A stretch of DNA of 64,000 nt from assembly GCA_001772615.1 (NCBI GenBank), contig MEUZ01000003.1, forward strand, positions 286,433-350,432. Direction: 5' to 3'. Numbering within the stretch: the first letter of the stretch is position 1; the number at the start of each line of letters is the position of its first letter. The translations under genes and the position numbers were made by a program. Source of the stretch: a candidate division WWE3 bacterium RIFCSPHIGHO2_01_FULL_40_23. GTDB lineage: Bacteria; Patescibacteriota; WWE3; UBA101185; 2-01-FULL-41-18. Below the pieces are notes generated by a model. The model had not been told where the DNA came from, searched no databases, and was given only the letters and a program-made list of their open reading frames with translations. Positions 8,791 to 18,477 of this stretch are shown piece by piece.

Positions 8791-9669
8791 TTAATATTTA
8801 AGATATTTTCTGATAGCAAGGGCGCTTCCTATATACCCAAGGGCAATTCCGAAGATAAGCTCAATAAAAAGCATTGAGAAAAGCACTGTTGCATTAAGAT
8901 TTATAGTTCCGGCGCTTCTAAACAAAGAGTTTAAAATAGGAACTATAAAAGGGAGCGCTATAAAAATAATTACAGTTGAGATAAAGGCCGCTGTAATACC
9001 GTAAAAAACACCCTGAAGAATTAGAGGGCCTTTTACATATTTATCGGTTGCTCCCACAAGCTTTAAAATTTCAACCTCAAGGCCTTTACCATGTATTGTT
9101 ATCCCAATTGTCATTAAAACGGTTGAAATAGAAACAAGAAAAAGCACCGATAAATAAACAAGAGAAGAAACTCTGACAATTGTCACCCATTTCTTAAACT
9201 TATCAATTACATCTTTGTAAAATCGTACGTCATCAACATTTTCCATTTTAGAAAATTCATCGGCTAAAGGGGAAAGCTGTGAAAGCTCTTTGGCTTTTAT
9301 TTCCAGACTCGCGGGAAGCGGATTTGTCGTAACCGATTCAAGAAGTGCAGGCTGATCTTTTGATATTTCAGTAAAGATTTTTAATGCGTCTTCTTTTGAA
9401 ACATACCTAACTGATTGGACTCTTTCATCCTTTTCATATTTTTCTTTAAGCTTTAATATATCCTCTCTTGCCATTACATCCGAAAAAAACACGCTTATTT
9501 GGGCTTTGTCGGAAAGATAATTAAGAGCTTTATGCGAAAAATACAAGGATAGAACAAAAAGATTTAATGAGAGAAATGTTATCGTAAGCATTGCAACTGC
9601 GCTTGCCGCGATATAAGGCTCCCTTGATAAATTGCTTTTTAAAACTTTTATAGTTCTGTCAAACTTCAT
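8791..9669 (-). CDS. ftsX: Cell division permease FtsX
   Basis: 292-aa protein with a 4-TM topology and a large first extracellular loop. Follows ftsE with overlapping stop/start. Confidence 0.8.
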   Translation of the reverse strand: MKFDRTIKVLKSNLSREPYIAASAVAMLTITFLSLNLFVLSLYFSHKALNYLSDKAQISVFFSDVMAREDILKLKEKYEKDERVQSVRYVSKEDALKIFTEISKDQPALLESVTTNPLPASLEIKAKELSQLSPLADEFSKMENVDDVRFYKDVIDKFKKWVTIVRVSSLVYLSVLFLVSISTVLMTIGITIHGKGLEVEILKLVGATDKYVKGPLILQGVFYGITAAFISTVIIFIALPFIVPILNSLFRSAGTINLNATVLFSMLFIELIFGIALGYIGSALAIRKYLKY

Positions 9670-10339
9670 ATCTGCCTACTTTTTCATCTTTTACTATTTT
9701 TCCATCATGCATTAAAACAACCCGCCTTTTCATTCTGTTTACTATTCCTACCTCATGGGTTGCCATAATAACGGTTGTCCCTAGTGTATTTATTTTCTCA
9801 AGAAGATGAACCACTTCATCGCTTGCGACAGGATCAATATTTCCGGTTGGCTCATCCGCAATTAAGACTTTAGGTTCATGCGCGAGAGCTCGCGCGATAG
9901 CAAGCCTTTGCTTTTCACCCCCCGAAAGCTGATAAGGAAAACATTCCGACTTATTTAAAAGACTTACAAGATTTAAAACATTTGGAACAACCTGCTTGAT
10001 TTCTCCTTCCGGCCTCTCAACAACTTCAAGCGAAACGGCAACATTTTCAAAAACCGTTTTTGAATCAAGAAGCTTAAAATCCTGAAACACAACTCCTATT
10101 TTTCTTCGGAGTGAAGGAAGGAGATTCTTTTTAACTTTTGTAACATCAGTATCTTCAAAAAAAATAGATCCCGTTGTAGGAAGCTCTTCCCTTATTAAAA
10201 GCTTAACAAGGGTGGTCTTTCCGGCGCCGCTTGGACCGACTATAAATACAAACTCTTTAGGCAAAATGACTAAATTTACCCCCTCCAGTACCTGGGTGCC
10301 GTTTTCATATGATTTTGAAACATCTTCAAACTTTATCAT
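9659..10339 (-). CDS. ftsE: Cell division ABC ATPase FtsE
   Basis: Walker A GPSGAGKTT, signature LSGGEKQRLAIARAL, Walker B VLIADEPTGNID. 226 aa. Confidence 0.9.
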   Translation of the reverse strand: MIKFEDVSKSYENGTQVLEGVNLVILPKEFVFIVGPSGAGKTTLVKLLIREELPTTGSIFFEDTDVTKVKKNLLPSLRRKIGVVFQDFKLLDSKTVFENVAVSLEVVERPEGEIKQVVPNVLNLVSLLNKSECFPYQLSGGEKQRLAIARALAHEPKVLIADEPTGNIDPVASDEVVHLLEKINTLGTTVIMATHEVGIVNRMKRRVVLMHDGKIVKDEKVGRYEV

Positions 10340-10764
10340 TTTCCGAAAATAACTTTGTCAACAAGTAAAACATCTTCTTTTCCATCAGCTGTTTTTGAAA
10401 GCTTTCCCTGTAATTTCACGGTTGCTCCTTCAATTACTTTAAGTTTGTCATCTGTTGCGGAAAGGAGGATAACAGCCTTTCCGGAGGAATCTAAAAGCTT
10501 ATATGAAATATTATCATTCGGATGAAGTGACGGATCGCTGTAAACAACCTTTCCGCTCATTTCAACGACTTTCTCAACAGGTTTTTGATTGCCTTCAGTT
10601 ACTATTATGGTTTCTCCCCCTCTGTTATCAAAAAGGATAGGGATTTGACCTATAGCTACACCAAGCGACAAAAAGATGATAAAAAAAGCAACCAGAAGCG
10701 CTATTAATCTTTTGCCCTGGAACTTTTCAAAGTAATTATAAAGACGCGAAGCGTATGGCAGCAC
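10336..10764 (-). CDS. Hypothetical membrane-anchored protein with a possible OB-fold extracytoplasmic domain
   Basis: N-terminal TM helix (LIALLVAFFIIFLSLGVAIG) followed by a beta-rich domain. Function unknown. Confidence 0.4.
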   Translation of the reverse strand: MLPYASRLYNYFEKFQGKRLIALLVAFFIIFLSLGVAIGQIPILFDNRGGETIIVTEGNQKPVEKVVEMSGKVVYSDPSLHPNDNISYKLLDSSGKAVILLSATDDKLKVIEGATVKLQGKLSKTADGKEDVLLVDKVIFGK

Positions 10765-10776
10765 GGAAAGATTATA

Positions 10777-11844
10777 CTAAAGTTTAATCTCCGCCTCAAT
10801 GAAATCGTCCAAATTCCCATCAAGAACGGCTTCAGGATTTGTAGACTCAAAGTTCGTCCTCAAATCCTTGACGAGCTTATAAGGCTGAAGAACATAGCTT
10901 CTTATCTGATTTCCCCAACCGGCGCTTTTATGTTCGCCTTTTAAAGCTTTCTTTTCAAGAGAAAGCTTTTCTTCCTCCACTGCGTAAAGCTTTCCCCTTA
11001 AAACCCTTAATGCAAGTTCTCTGTTTCTCCCCTGATACCTTTCTGTCTGGCATTCAACCACAATTCCAGTTGGCTTATGCCTAAGCCTAACTGCGGTTGA
11101 GACTTTATTAACATTTTGCCCTCCGTGTCCTGATGAATGTATGGCCTCAAACTCCAAATCTTCCGGCTTAATGTCAACTTCTATATCTTCGTTTATTACC
11201 GGAAGTACCTCAACCAAAGCAAAAGATGTCTGCCTTAAGTTATTCGCATTAAAAGGGGAGAGCCTAACGAGCCTGTGCGTTCCTGCTTCTTTCTTTAAAT
11301 ATCCATAGGCATATTCCCCGTCTACCTCATACGTAATGGATTTAACACCCACTTCTTCGCCCGGAGTTTTGTCAATTTCCATTACCGAAAAACCTTTTGC
11401 CTCGGCATATCTCAAATACATTCTCAAAAGGGTAGACGCCCAGTCGCACGCTTCCGTACCCCCCTGTCCCGCGTGTATTGATAAAATTGCACTCTCTTTA
11501 TCATATTTCCCAGAAAGAAAAGCCTTAATTTCAAGCTTTTTTAATAAACTTTCAAGCTCAACTTCTTCTTCCGATTCAAGATAAAGCTCAATCAGATCCA
11601 CATCTTCAAGCTCTTTTTTAAGGCTTGATAGCTCCTGCATTAAAACCTGCCCCTTTTTAAAATCTTTCCATAAATCTTCCGAGGAAGCCTTTTTTGAAAG
11701 CTCTTCAAGCCTTTTTTTCTTTTCGGAAACGCCAAGTTTGCTCTTTAATTTTTCAAATCTTTCCCTTTGCTCATTCATAGGAAGATTGTATAGGGACACG
11801 GCCCTCCCCGCAAACAACCCCTCATCTGTCTCAACCGGATGCAT
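10777..11844 (-). CDS. prfB: Peptide chain release factor 2
   Basis: GGQ motif (SGHGGQNVNK) and SPF tripeptide (RLSPFNANNLRQTSFA). It is a single uninterrupted ORF with no +1 frameshift site. Confidence 0.9.
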   Translation of the reverse strand: MHPVETDEGLFAGRAVSLYNLPMNEQRERFEKLKSKLGVSEKKKRLEELSKKASSEDLWKDFKKGQVLMQELSSLKKELEDVDLIELYLESEEEVELESLLKKLEIKAFLSGKYDKESAILSIHAGQGGTEACDWASTLLRMYLRYAEAKGFSVMEIDKTPGEEVGVKSITYEVDGEYAYGYLKKEAGTHRLVRLSPFNANNLRQTSFALVEVLPVINEDIEVDIKPEDLEFEAIHSSGHGGQNVNKVSTAVRLRHKPTGIVVECQTERYQGRNRELALRVLRGKLYAVEEEKLSLEKKALKGEHKSAGWGNQIRSYVLQPYKLVKDLRTNFESTNPEAVLDGNLDDFIEAEIKL

Positions 11845-11864
11845 GGGTGGTAAAATAAAACATT

Positions 11865-13688
11865 ATGAATGAGGAAGTGAGCCCAGAAAATAAAGAGATA
11901 CAGTTTCGTGAATTTATTAATATAGCAAAATGGTGCGTAAAGCTTATCTTTAAGAATGAGCCATGGGCACTTTCCTTGATGGTCATCGGAACAGTCCTGA
12001 TACAGCTAAGGGGGATTGTTTACAGCTATCTTTTCTCAAAAATGCTTGACGCTCTAATAAAAACTGCTCAAACTCCAAACGCGAATGTAATGTCACTTTA
12101 CCCTTATCTTGGCGTCTTGTTTGCGTACTACATCTTGTCTAACATAATTTTCTTTATCAGAAACGTAGCAAGAACAACTTTAAATACTCGAAGCAGACCC
12201 AAAATGAGGCGGGAACTTTTTGATAAGCTCCATTCTCTTGGAATTCAGACTCTTGAAGATCCCGAGGTAAATAATAAAATCCACAGAGCTGATGAAAGTC
12301 TAACAGATATAGTACCCTTCCTCCAGCAGACTGTGGACCTCGTAGCATCTTTCATAAAAATGACCGTCAGCGCGATCATTATATTTAGATTCCTCCCCCA
12401 GCTTATCATTTTGATCTTTATCGCTCATATTCCTTACTTTTTTAATGACAGAAGATTCAGGGGCTTACTTTGGAAATTCTCGCTTGACACAACAGAAGGG
12501 CAAAGGAGAGCGGGGTGGAGCTCCGGCTATTTAATATCTTCATCGTCTCTACATGAGGTTTACATAAATGGAGCTTTTAAATTCTTATCTGAAAAGTATT
12601 TGAACTTTCACAACTGGTTCTCCAGTGAAAGGATAAAGCTTCAAAAAAAATGGCTTTCATCAACCTATTCTTCAAGTCTGCTTGCAGACCTGGTTGTTCT
12701 TTCGGGGTACATAAGACTTTTTGGGAATTTCATAAGAAAACAGATTTCAATAGGAGATGTTGCTTTCCAGGGAAATATGATTTCAAGCCTATCGGATTCA
12801 ATAATAGATGTTTTAAATATGACAAATGAACTCATGGGGTTATCTCTTAGATTAAGGGACACATACTCACTGTTTCAAACACGGTCAGGTTTTACTGATG
12901 GAGAAAACATTCTTCCAAAACTTGAAAGTGGACCAGAGATTGAGTTTAAGAATGTAAAGTTTAAATACCCCAAGTCCGAAAAGCATATATTTGAAAACCT
13001 AAACTTAACGATTAAACCCAATGAAAAAATAGCAATAGTCGGGCATAACGGAGCGGGAAAAACCACTCTCATAAAGCTTATTTGCAGATTTTATCAAGTG
13101 GAAGAAGGGAGTATACAAATTAATGGTATAAATATTAATGACATAAGCACAGAAAGCCTTTACAAAAATCTTGGAGTCCTCTTCCAGGATTACAACAACT
13201 ATTCCCACTTAACGGTTAAAGAAAATATTTACATTGGAAATACAAATGATCCCATTAATGATACAGCGGTAAGGCTTGCCGCAATGAATGCCGACGCATC
13301 CGAATTCATAGAAGAGTTCCCTAATAAATTTGATCAGATTTTAAGTGAGAAGTTTAAAGGTGGGACAAGACCAAGCACTGGCCAGTGGCAAAAAATTGCC
13401 ATTGCAAGATTTTTTTACAGAAACGCGCCTCTTGTAATTTTTGATGAGCCCACGGCATCAATTGATGCGGTTTCGGAGTACAACATATTTAATAAGATTT
13501 ATGAGTTTTTTAAGGGTAAAACAGTGATTATTATTTCACACAGATTTTCAACCGTGAGAAATGCGGATCGGATCATAGTTTTAGACAAGGGCGAGATTAT
13601 TGAAGAAGGATCACACACACAGTTAATGAACAAAAACGGCCACTACGCTAAAGCCTTTTTACTTCAGGCAGAAGGCTACTCCCAGTAA
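11865..13688 (+). CDS. ABC transporter permease/ATPase fusion (exporter, MsbA-like)
   Basis: N-terminal 6-TM domain, then Walker A GHNGAGKTTL, signature TGQWQKIAIAR, Walker B IFDEPTASID. 607 aa. Confidence 0.85.
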   Translation: MNEEVSPENKEIQFREFINIAKWCVKLIFKNEPWALSLMVIGTVLIQLRGIVYSYLFSKMLDALIKTAQTPNANVMSLYPYLGVLFAYYILSNIIFFIRNVARTTLNTRSRPKMRRELFDKLHSLGIQTLEDPEVNNKIHRADESLTDIVPFLQQTVDLVASFIKMTVSAIIIFRFLPQLIILIFIAHIPYFFNDRRFRGLLWKFSLDTTEGQRRAGWSSGYLISSSSLHEVYINGAFKFLSEKYLNFHNWFSSERIKLQKKWLSSTYSSSLLADLVVLSGYIRLFGNFIRKQISIGDVAFQGNMISSLSDSIIDVLNMTNELMGLSLRLRDTYSLFQTRSGFTDGENILPKLESGPEIEFKNVKFKYPKSEKHIFENLNLTIKPNEKIAIVGHNGAGKTTLIKLICRFYQVEEGSIQINGININDISTESLYKNLGVLFQDYNNYSHLTVKENIYIGNTNDPINDTAVRLAAMNADASEFIEEFPNKFDQILSEKFKGGTRPSTGQWQKIAIARFFYRNAPLVIFDEPTASIDAVSEYNIFNKIYEFFKGKTVIIISHRFSTVRNADRIIVLDKGEIIEEGSHTQLMNKNGHYAKAFLLQAEGYSQ

Positions 13689-13772
13689 CAACCTCCTATC
13701 TCTCAATTGGACACTATAGGCTACTTGAGGTATGATACCTTAAAATAATCAGACCTCATAAGGAGAGGAAAG

Positions 13773-13985
13773 ATGAAGGGATTTCTCAAATTCCTTGGGG
13801 TGTGGGCCATATTTTGGCTCATCACCATTGGAATAGTATTTGGGTACGATGGCAGCCTGCCGATCTCAGACAAGGTTACCATCGCGGAGAACCTTGGCAG
13901 GATCTTGATCTCATACGTCTCCTGGCCTTTCACTTTGGGGATGGTCACAGGGCAGGTGATTAATATCCTAGTATCAGGTGGTTAA
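13773..13985 (+). CDS. Small hypothetical membrane protein (70 aa, 2 TM)
   Basis: Strong SD aaggagagg placed 6 nt before the ATG. Followed by an intrinsic terminator. Confidence 0.5.
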   Translation: MKGFLKFLGVWAIFWLITIGIVFGYDGSLPISDKVTIAENLGRILISYVSWPFTLGMVTGQVINILVSGG

Positions 13986-13989
13986 CCCA

Positions 13990-14031
13990 AACGGGGAGTT
14001 TTTCCAAAGGAAACTCCCCGTTAATTTTTCC
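13990..14031 (+). terminator. Rho-independent terminator
   Basis: 12-bp perfect stem AACGGGGAGTTT / AAACTCCCCGTT with a 9-nt loop, then aatttttcc. Confidence 0.75.
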
Positions 14032-14073
14032 TAAAACCTCGTTTAAGACCCCCGACTAGATTAGAGACTGCAC

Positions 14074-14577
14074 TCAAATAATTCTTTTATTTCCTTTTAG
14101 ATTCCAGATAATACATGAAGCTTCCCAGAAGATTATGATTGCACACGGAAGGTAAATCAGAAACACAAGCCCGCGCAAGGTCTGCATAAATGAGACCAGC
14201 CTGCCAAGCAGTGGAATCACTATTAATACCTTTCCAATAACCTCCTCCTCTTTTACACTCCAGTCGTCTACTTCTTTATTCGCGTCACCCTTTGTAAAAT
14301 AAACATTTCTTCCATCTTCAAAATCCTTTTCTTCAATTCTATGTGAAACAAATTCACCCGTGGCAGGGCTTTTAAAAGTTACCACATCTTTAGGAAAGTA
14401 ATTATCAAACCTCACGCTCACTAAAAGCGACCCGGATTTTATAACCGGTTCCATTGAACCAGATCTCACAACAAAAAAATTAACATTCTTAAACACCTTT
14501 CCGCTTCTTTCCGAGAAAAGTGAAAGAGAAATCAAAAGAAGAATTACTATTAAACATACTTCCAGAATCTCCTTCAT
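14074..14577 (-). CDS. sipW: Signal peptidase I, SipW-like (archaeal/eukaryal type S26)
   Basis: N-terminal TM, catalytic VVRSGSMEP motif, 167 aa. Immediately downstream of a TasA-like substrate gene. Confidence 0.7.
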   Translation of the reverse strand: MKEILEVCLIVILLLISLSLFSERSGKVFKNVNFFVVRSGSMEPVIKSGSLLVSVRFDNYFPKDVVTFKSPATGEFVSHRIEEKDFEDGRNVYFTKGDANKEVDDWSVKEEEVIGKVLIVIPLLGRLVSFMQTLRGLVFLIYLPCAIIIFWEASCIIWNLKGNKRII

Positions 14578-14625
14578 TTTTACAATTTTTAAACGCTCTT
14601 CGGTCTTACCCGAAGCGCAGTTAAA

Positions 14626-15228
14626 CTAAATACCTTCCTGACCCACCCCATCCGTACTTACAGTAAATTCAAAATCATATATTGCGTTTTGCCCCATTTT
14701 GCTTTCCGGCAGGGATTCGGACGAGAACCTTAACACATAACCCTTTTCCTCTCCGGCAGACAACTCCCCAAGTCCCACACCTTCGCTCTTCCACTTAAGA
14801 ATTGTTTTTCTGATTAAAGGGACTTCCCCGAGTTCCCCCAACTCCAGTATACCATCCCCGTCTACATCATCCCATTCATAAAAATCAACATTAATATATT
14901 CTCTTAAACTTCCCGGATCATCCGCCGTCGCGTAATCTGACTTTGAGGAAAGACCTACTCTAAATGTACTATTGTTAAAAAGCTTAATCGGATAATCGCT
15001 AACCCATCCAGGATATAAATTGTTAAACCTCGGGCCTTCTTTTTCATCAAGAAGATTAGCTGAATCGGGGGCCAAAGATAAATCATTTAACAGCTTAATA
15101 TCGGCAGTTCCGACGCTAAAGGTTGCGCCGGAAACCTTCCCGGTATCCAAAAAAGCGGCTCTTGTTGATAAAGCAATCACGGCAAGAGAAGACATTATGA
15201 GAAGAAAACTGATAAGACTTTTTTTCAT
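14626..15228 (-). CDS. TasA/camelysin-family secreted protein with a SipW-cognate signal peptide
   Basis: MKKSLISFLLIMSSLAVIALSTRAAFLDTGKVSGATFSVGTADIKL matches the SipW-cognate AAF.D...ATF..GT.D pattern. Perfect SD aaaggaggtga. 200 aa. Confidence 0.7.
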   Translation of the reverse strand: MKKSLISFLLIMSSLAVIALSTRAAFLDTGKVSGATFSVGTADIKLLNDLSLAPDSANLLDEKEGPRFNNLYPGWVSDYPIKLFNNSTFRVGLSSKSDYATADDPGSLREYINVDFYEWDDVDGDGILELGELGEVPLIRKTILKWKSEGVGLGELSAGEEKGYVLRFSSESLPESKMGQNAIYDFEFTVSTDGVGQEGI

Positions 15229-15306
15229 GATTCACCTCCTTTCAAATAAACCTTTATAAACTCTTCAGTAACGCCGCAGAATTTATTTACACTCATAAAC
15301 TCATTG

Positions 15307-15370
15307 CTAGGATTTAGGTGTTAGTTGCACAACCTCCCAAAAGCAACTCTGATGTATCCCTAAATCCTAG
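15307..15370. promoter_or_regulatory. Perfect 12-bp inverted repeat (CTAGGATTTAGG ... CCTAAATCCTAG) flanking a 40-nt spacer. Sits upstream of the tasA-like gene and downstream of rpsI.
   Basis: The arms are exact reverse complements. The spacer holds a nested GTTGC..GCAAC repeat. No T-run follows on either strand. Confidence 0.35.
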
Positions 15371-15555
15371 AAAGGAATGTACAATATTAATTGTAATTAT
15401 ATATGTTGTTAACAAAAATTGCAATAAGGAACTTTGTAATATTGGGAGAATCGCTTCGCTATACCCGCAATGACAAAAAGGCCTGACTTTGCGGTGACGA
15501 AGGAGGTTACTTGGAAACTCACACTTTGCAATGGTACAAGAAATATTTGAATAGA

Positions 15556-16017
15556 TCAGCGTTTAGAGTACTGTGGTCTTTTTCTGGCTTTTCTTAAGAA
15601 ATATTTCTTTCTTTCAACTTCTCTCGGATCTCTTGTAAGTAGTCCATATTTTCTTAACAAATCTCTATATTCGGGATTGCTCTCAATAAGAGCCCTTGAC
15701 AAACCTAGTACAACCGCCGAAAGCTGGGAGGAAGTCCCGGAACCGGAAACTTTAATCGTTGCACTGTAGGAGCTTTCGGGATGTGAAACTCCCACCAGAT
15801 GGAAGGGCCTAAGATAGGATAGTTTTTCTTTTTCAGTTCTGAAAAATTCCGATATTTCTTTATCATTGACTATAAAATCTCCCTTTTTTGGATATAAAAA
15901 CACCGATGCAACCGCGCTTTTTCTTCTTCCCGTTCCAACAAAGGCTTTTTCCTTTTTAGCTTTTATTTTTTCTTTTACGTTAGTTTCTTTTTCCCCGCTC
16001 TTTTTTGTTCTTGGCAT
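15556..16017 (-). CDS. rpsI: 30S ribosomal protein S9 (Lys-rich N-terminal extension)
   Basis: C-terminal ...YFLRKARKRPQYSKR. Follows rplM. Confidence 0.9.
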   Translation of the reverse strand: MPRTKKSGEKETNVKEKIKAKKEKAFVGTGRRKSAVASVFLYPKKGDFIVNDKEISEFFRTEKEKLSYLRPFHLVGVSHPESSYSATIKVSGSGTSSQLSAVVLGLSRALIESNPEYRDLLRKYGLLTRDPREVERKKYFLRKARKRPQYSKR

Positions 16018-16018
16018 A

Positions 16019-16438
16019 TCAATTTCCTAACTGCGCTTTATGAGGATGTTCCAAACCTTTATACACATAAAGATTTAATATCCTTTTCCTCCTTAATTTA
16101 TTCACGGGAAGCATACCCCACACCGCCTTTTTTATTACCTCTTCCGGCTTTCTTTCTAAAAGGCTTTGAAGCGTTTCTTCTTTAAACCCGCCGGGGTATC
16201 CAGAGTGCCTGTAATATTTTTTGGATATTAATTTCTTTCCTGTAACGGCAACTTTTTCGGCGTTAACCACAACCACCTTCCCACCGACATTTATATTTGC
16301 GGAAAAATTCGGTTTGTCTTTCCCTAAAAGCAAAGTTGCGGCTCTCGTTGCCACTCTTCCAAGAACCTGGTCTGAAGCGTCTATTAAATGCCAGTCTTCT
16401 TTTATGTCTTTACGTCTTACGGCGTATGTTTTTTTCAT
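16019..16438 (-). CDS. rplM: 50S ribosomal protein L13
   Basis: MKKTYAVRRKDIKEDWHLIDASDQVLGRVATRAATLLLGK. Confidence 0.92.
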   Translation of the reverse strand: MKKTYAVRRKDIKEDWHLIDASDQVLGRVATRAATLLLGKDKPNFSANINVGGKVVVVNAEKVAVTGKKLISKKYYRHSGYPGGFKEETLQSLLERKPEEVIKKAVWGMLPVNKLRRKRILNLYVYKGLEHPHKAQLGN

Positions 16439-16911
16439 TTCTTTGCCTCTTTAACTTTAGCTACCTTAGGAGACGCTTTTTGGGTCTCGCCGCTTTTCAC
16501 AACTTTGTTTTTAACAGACTCTTTCTCTTTACCTTTTTCTTTGGATTTTCCGTAATCAACCTTTTCACTCCATTCAAGCTTTGCTAGAGGGGCGTTATCC
16601 CCCTCCCTAAACCCAAGTTTTGACATTTTTGTAAACCCGCCGTTTCTTGATGCAAACTTAGGAGCAACAGTATGCAAAAGAGTGTCGATTGCAAACCTTG
16701 TATTTAACGAGGCTTTAAGGGAAGAAAGAGAAGTAGGCCCAGCCTTTGCCTTTGTAACGAGCTTCTCAACATAAGGTCTTACAAACCTCGCTTTGGCTAA
16801 AGTAGTCACGGCGTAACCCTTTTCAATAAAAGAAGTGGCAAGAAACCTGTTTAAGGCTTTTCTATGGTCGGTATCAATATTCAGATTAGTGCCGTGTACT
16901 CTATGCCTCAT
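16435..16911 (-). CDS. rplQ: 50S ribosomal protein L17 (Lys/Glu-rich C-terminal tail)
   Basis: MRHRVHGTNLNIDTDHRKALNRFLATSFIEKG. Sits after rpoA. Confidence 0.9.
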   Translation of the reverse strand: MRHRVHGTNLNIDTDHRKALNRFLATSFIEKGYAVTTLAKARFVRPYVEKLVTKAKAGPTSLSSLKASLNTRFAIDTLLHTVAPKFASRNGGFTKMSKLGFREGDNAPLAKLEWSEKVDYGKSKEKGKEKESVKNKVVKSGETQKASPKVAKVKEAKK

Positions 16912-16914
16912 AAA

Positions 16915-17838
16915 TTATCTTAAACCTTCTTTTTTAAGAAGCTTGTTTATTTCCTCAATGGACTTGTCTCCAAGGTTTTTAACTTCGGAAAGTTCTTCAG
17001 GCATAGTCTGGGAGAGATCAGATAAAGTTTTAATTCCCGCTTTCTTTAATGCGTTTACTGTTCTTGTGGGTAAGGGAAGCTCTTCAAGATAAACATCTTC
17101 TCTTTTTACTGTGGAGGGTTTATCCTCATCTTTGACCCCTTCTTCTCCACCCACCTCTTCAATACCGGATGAAATTCTGCCGAAGAAGCTCTCAAGAATT
17201 GAGGATGCTTTAGTGAGGGCTTCAAACGGGGCAATTGTCCCATCTGTTTCTATGATTAACACTAACTTATCAAGCCCTGTTTCTCTTCCTACCCTTGTAG
17301 GCTCAACCGAATATGAAACTACCGTTACGGGAGAAAAGACGCTGTCAAGAAGAATAACACCGATCTTAGAAGTTTCTCTTTCCTCGGCGGGAACATATCC
17401 TGTACCGCTTTCGGCAACTACCTCCATTTCAAGTTTTGCGGATTTATCAGAAAGTGTTGCTATGTGCAGATCCCCATTAATTATTTTTGCCTCCGAAGAA
17501 ACCTCAAAATCCGATGCCTTAACATCACCTGGGCCTGTTTTAGAAAGCTTAAGAACAACCGGGTTATCCCCATGAATCTTAAGCCTGATTTTTTTCAAAT
17601 TAAGACAGATTTCAACCACGTCTTCCTTGACACCCTTGATGGTTGTGAACTGATGCGAAGCTCCCGCAATCTTCACCTGTGACACTGCGGAACCGGGGAG
17701 TGAAGAAAGAAGTACCCGCCTTAAAGAATTCCCAAGGGTGTTGCCATACCCCTGCGGAAGAGGCTCTATAACAAAAGTGCCTTTGTTAGAACTTTCTTCC
17801 TCCCTTTTTAATTTAATATCTGTTGGTTGTATACTCAT
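16915..17838 (-). CDS. rpoA: DNA-directed RNA polymerase subunit alpha
   Basis: 307 aa with the usual N-terminal domain and alpha-CTD. Position rpsD-rpoA-rplQ. Confidence 0.9.
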   Translation of the reverse strand: MSIQPTDIKLKREEESSNKGTFVIEPLPQGYGNTLGNSLRRVLLSSLPGSAVSQVKIAGASHQFTTIKGVKEDVVEICLNLKKIRLKIHGDNPVVLKLSKTGPGDVKASDFEVSSEAKIINGDLHIATLSDKSAKLEMEVVAESGTGYVPAEERETSKIGVILLDSVFSPVTVVSYSVEPTRVGRETGLDKLVLIIETDGTIAPFEALTKASSILESFFGRISSGIEEVGGEEGVKDEDKPSTVKREDVYLEELPLPTRTVNALKKAGIKTLSDLSQTMPEELSEVKNLGDKSIEEINKLLKKEGLR

Positions 17839-17850
17839 AGATTTTCCTTT

Positions 17851-18465
17851 CTATCTTGAATAATACTCTACTATTAATTGCGGATTAAGCTCGCTTGAAA
17901 CCTCTCCCACCTGCGAAATGGAGGGAGATGTAAGAAACTTAACTTTTTTATCGGTAGATGAAACCTCAAGCCATGAGGGAACTTTTATAACTTCCCTGAC
18001 TGAAATCTTATCAGGATTTACGCTCGTTACCTCATCCAAAGGCTTCAACTCATATGATGGAAAAGTCACAACCTTTCCATTGACCGCATAATATCCAAAT
18101 CTTATAAACTGCCTCGCCTGCGCCCTGGAAGCCGCAAGGCCCGATCTGTAAACAACGCTGTCAAGCCTTCCCTCAAGAAGCTGCATCAAGGCCTCTCCCG
18201 TAACTCCTTTTTTCCTTAAGGCTTCCTTAACAAGATTTGCAAATTGCTTTTCCAAAACCCCATAAATTCTTTTGGCTTTTTGCTTTTCCCTTAACTGAAG
18301 TGCATAACCAGTCGGTCTTCTTTTTCTTCCGGCGCCGTGCTGACCGGGTGCTTGCATTCTCCTTGTGATTGCGCATTTTTCCGATTCACACCTTGCACCT
18401 TTTAGAAAAAGTTTTATCCCTTCTCTTCTGCACAATCTACATTTTGGTCCGGTATATCTTGCCAT
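17851..18465 (-). CDS. rpsD: 30S ribosomal protein S4
   Basis: MARYTGPKCRLCRREGIKLFLKG. Confidence 0.93.
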   Translation of the reverse strand: MARYTGPKCRLCRREGIKLFLKGARCESEKCAITRRMQAPGQHGAGRKRRPTGYALQLREKQKAKRIYGVLEKQFANLVKEALRKKGVTGEALMQLLEGRLDSVVYRSGLAASRAQARQFIRFGYYAVNGKVVTFPSYELKPLDEVTSVNPDKISVREVIKVPSWLEVSSTDKKVKFLTSPSISQVGEVSSELNPQLIVEYYSR

Positions 18466-18477
18466 AAAATCTATCCT

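Noticed and set aside
13721-13948. 75-aa minus ORF overlapping the small plus-strand membrane protein gene
   Set aside because: The plus-strand ORF has a strong SD and a downstream intrinsic terminator. The minus ORF has neither.
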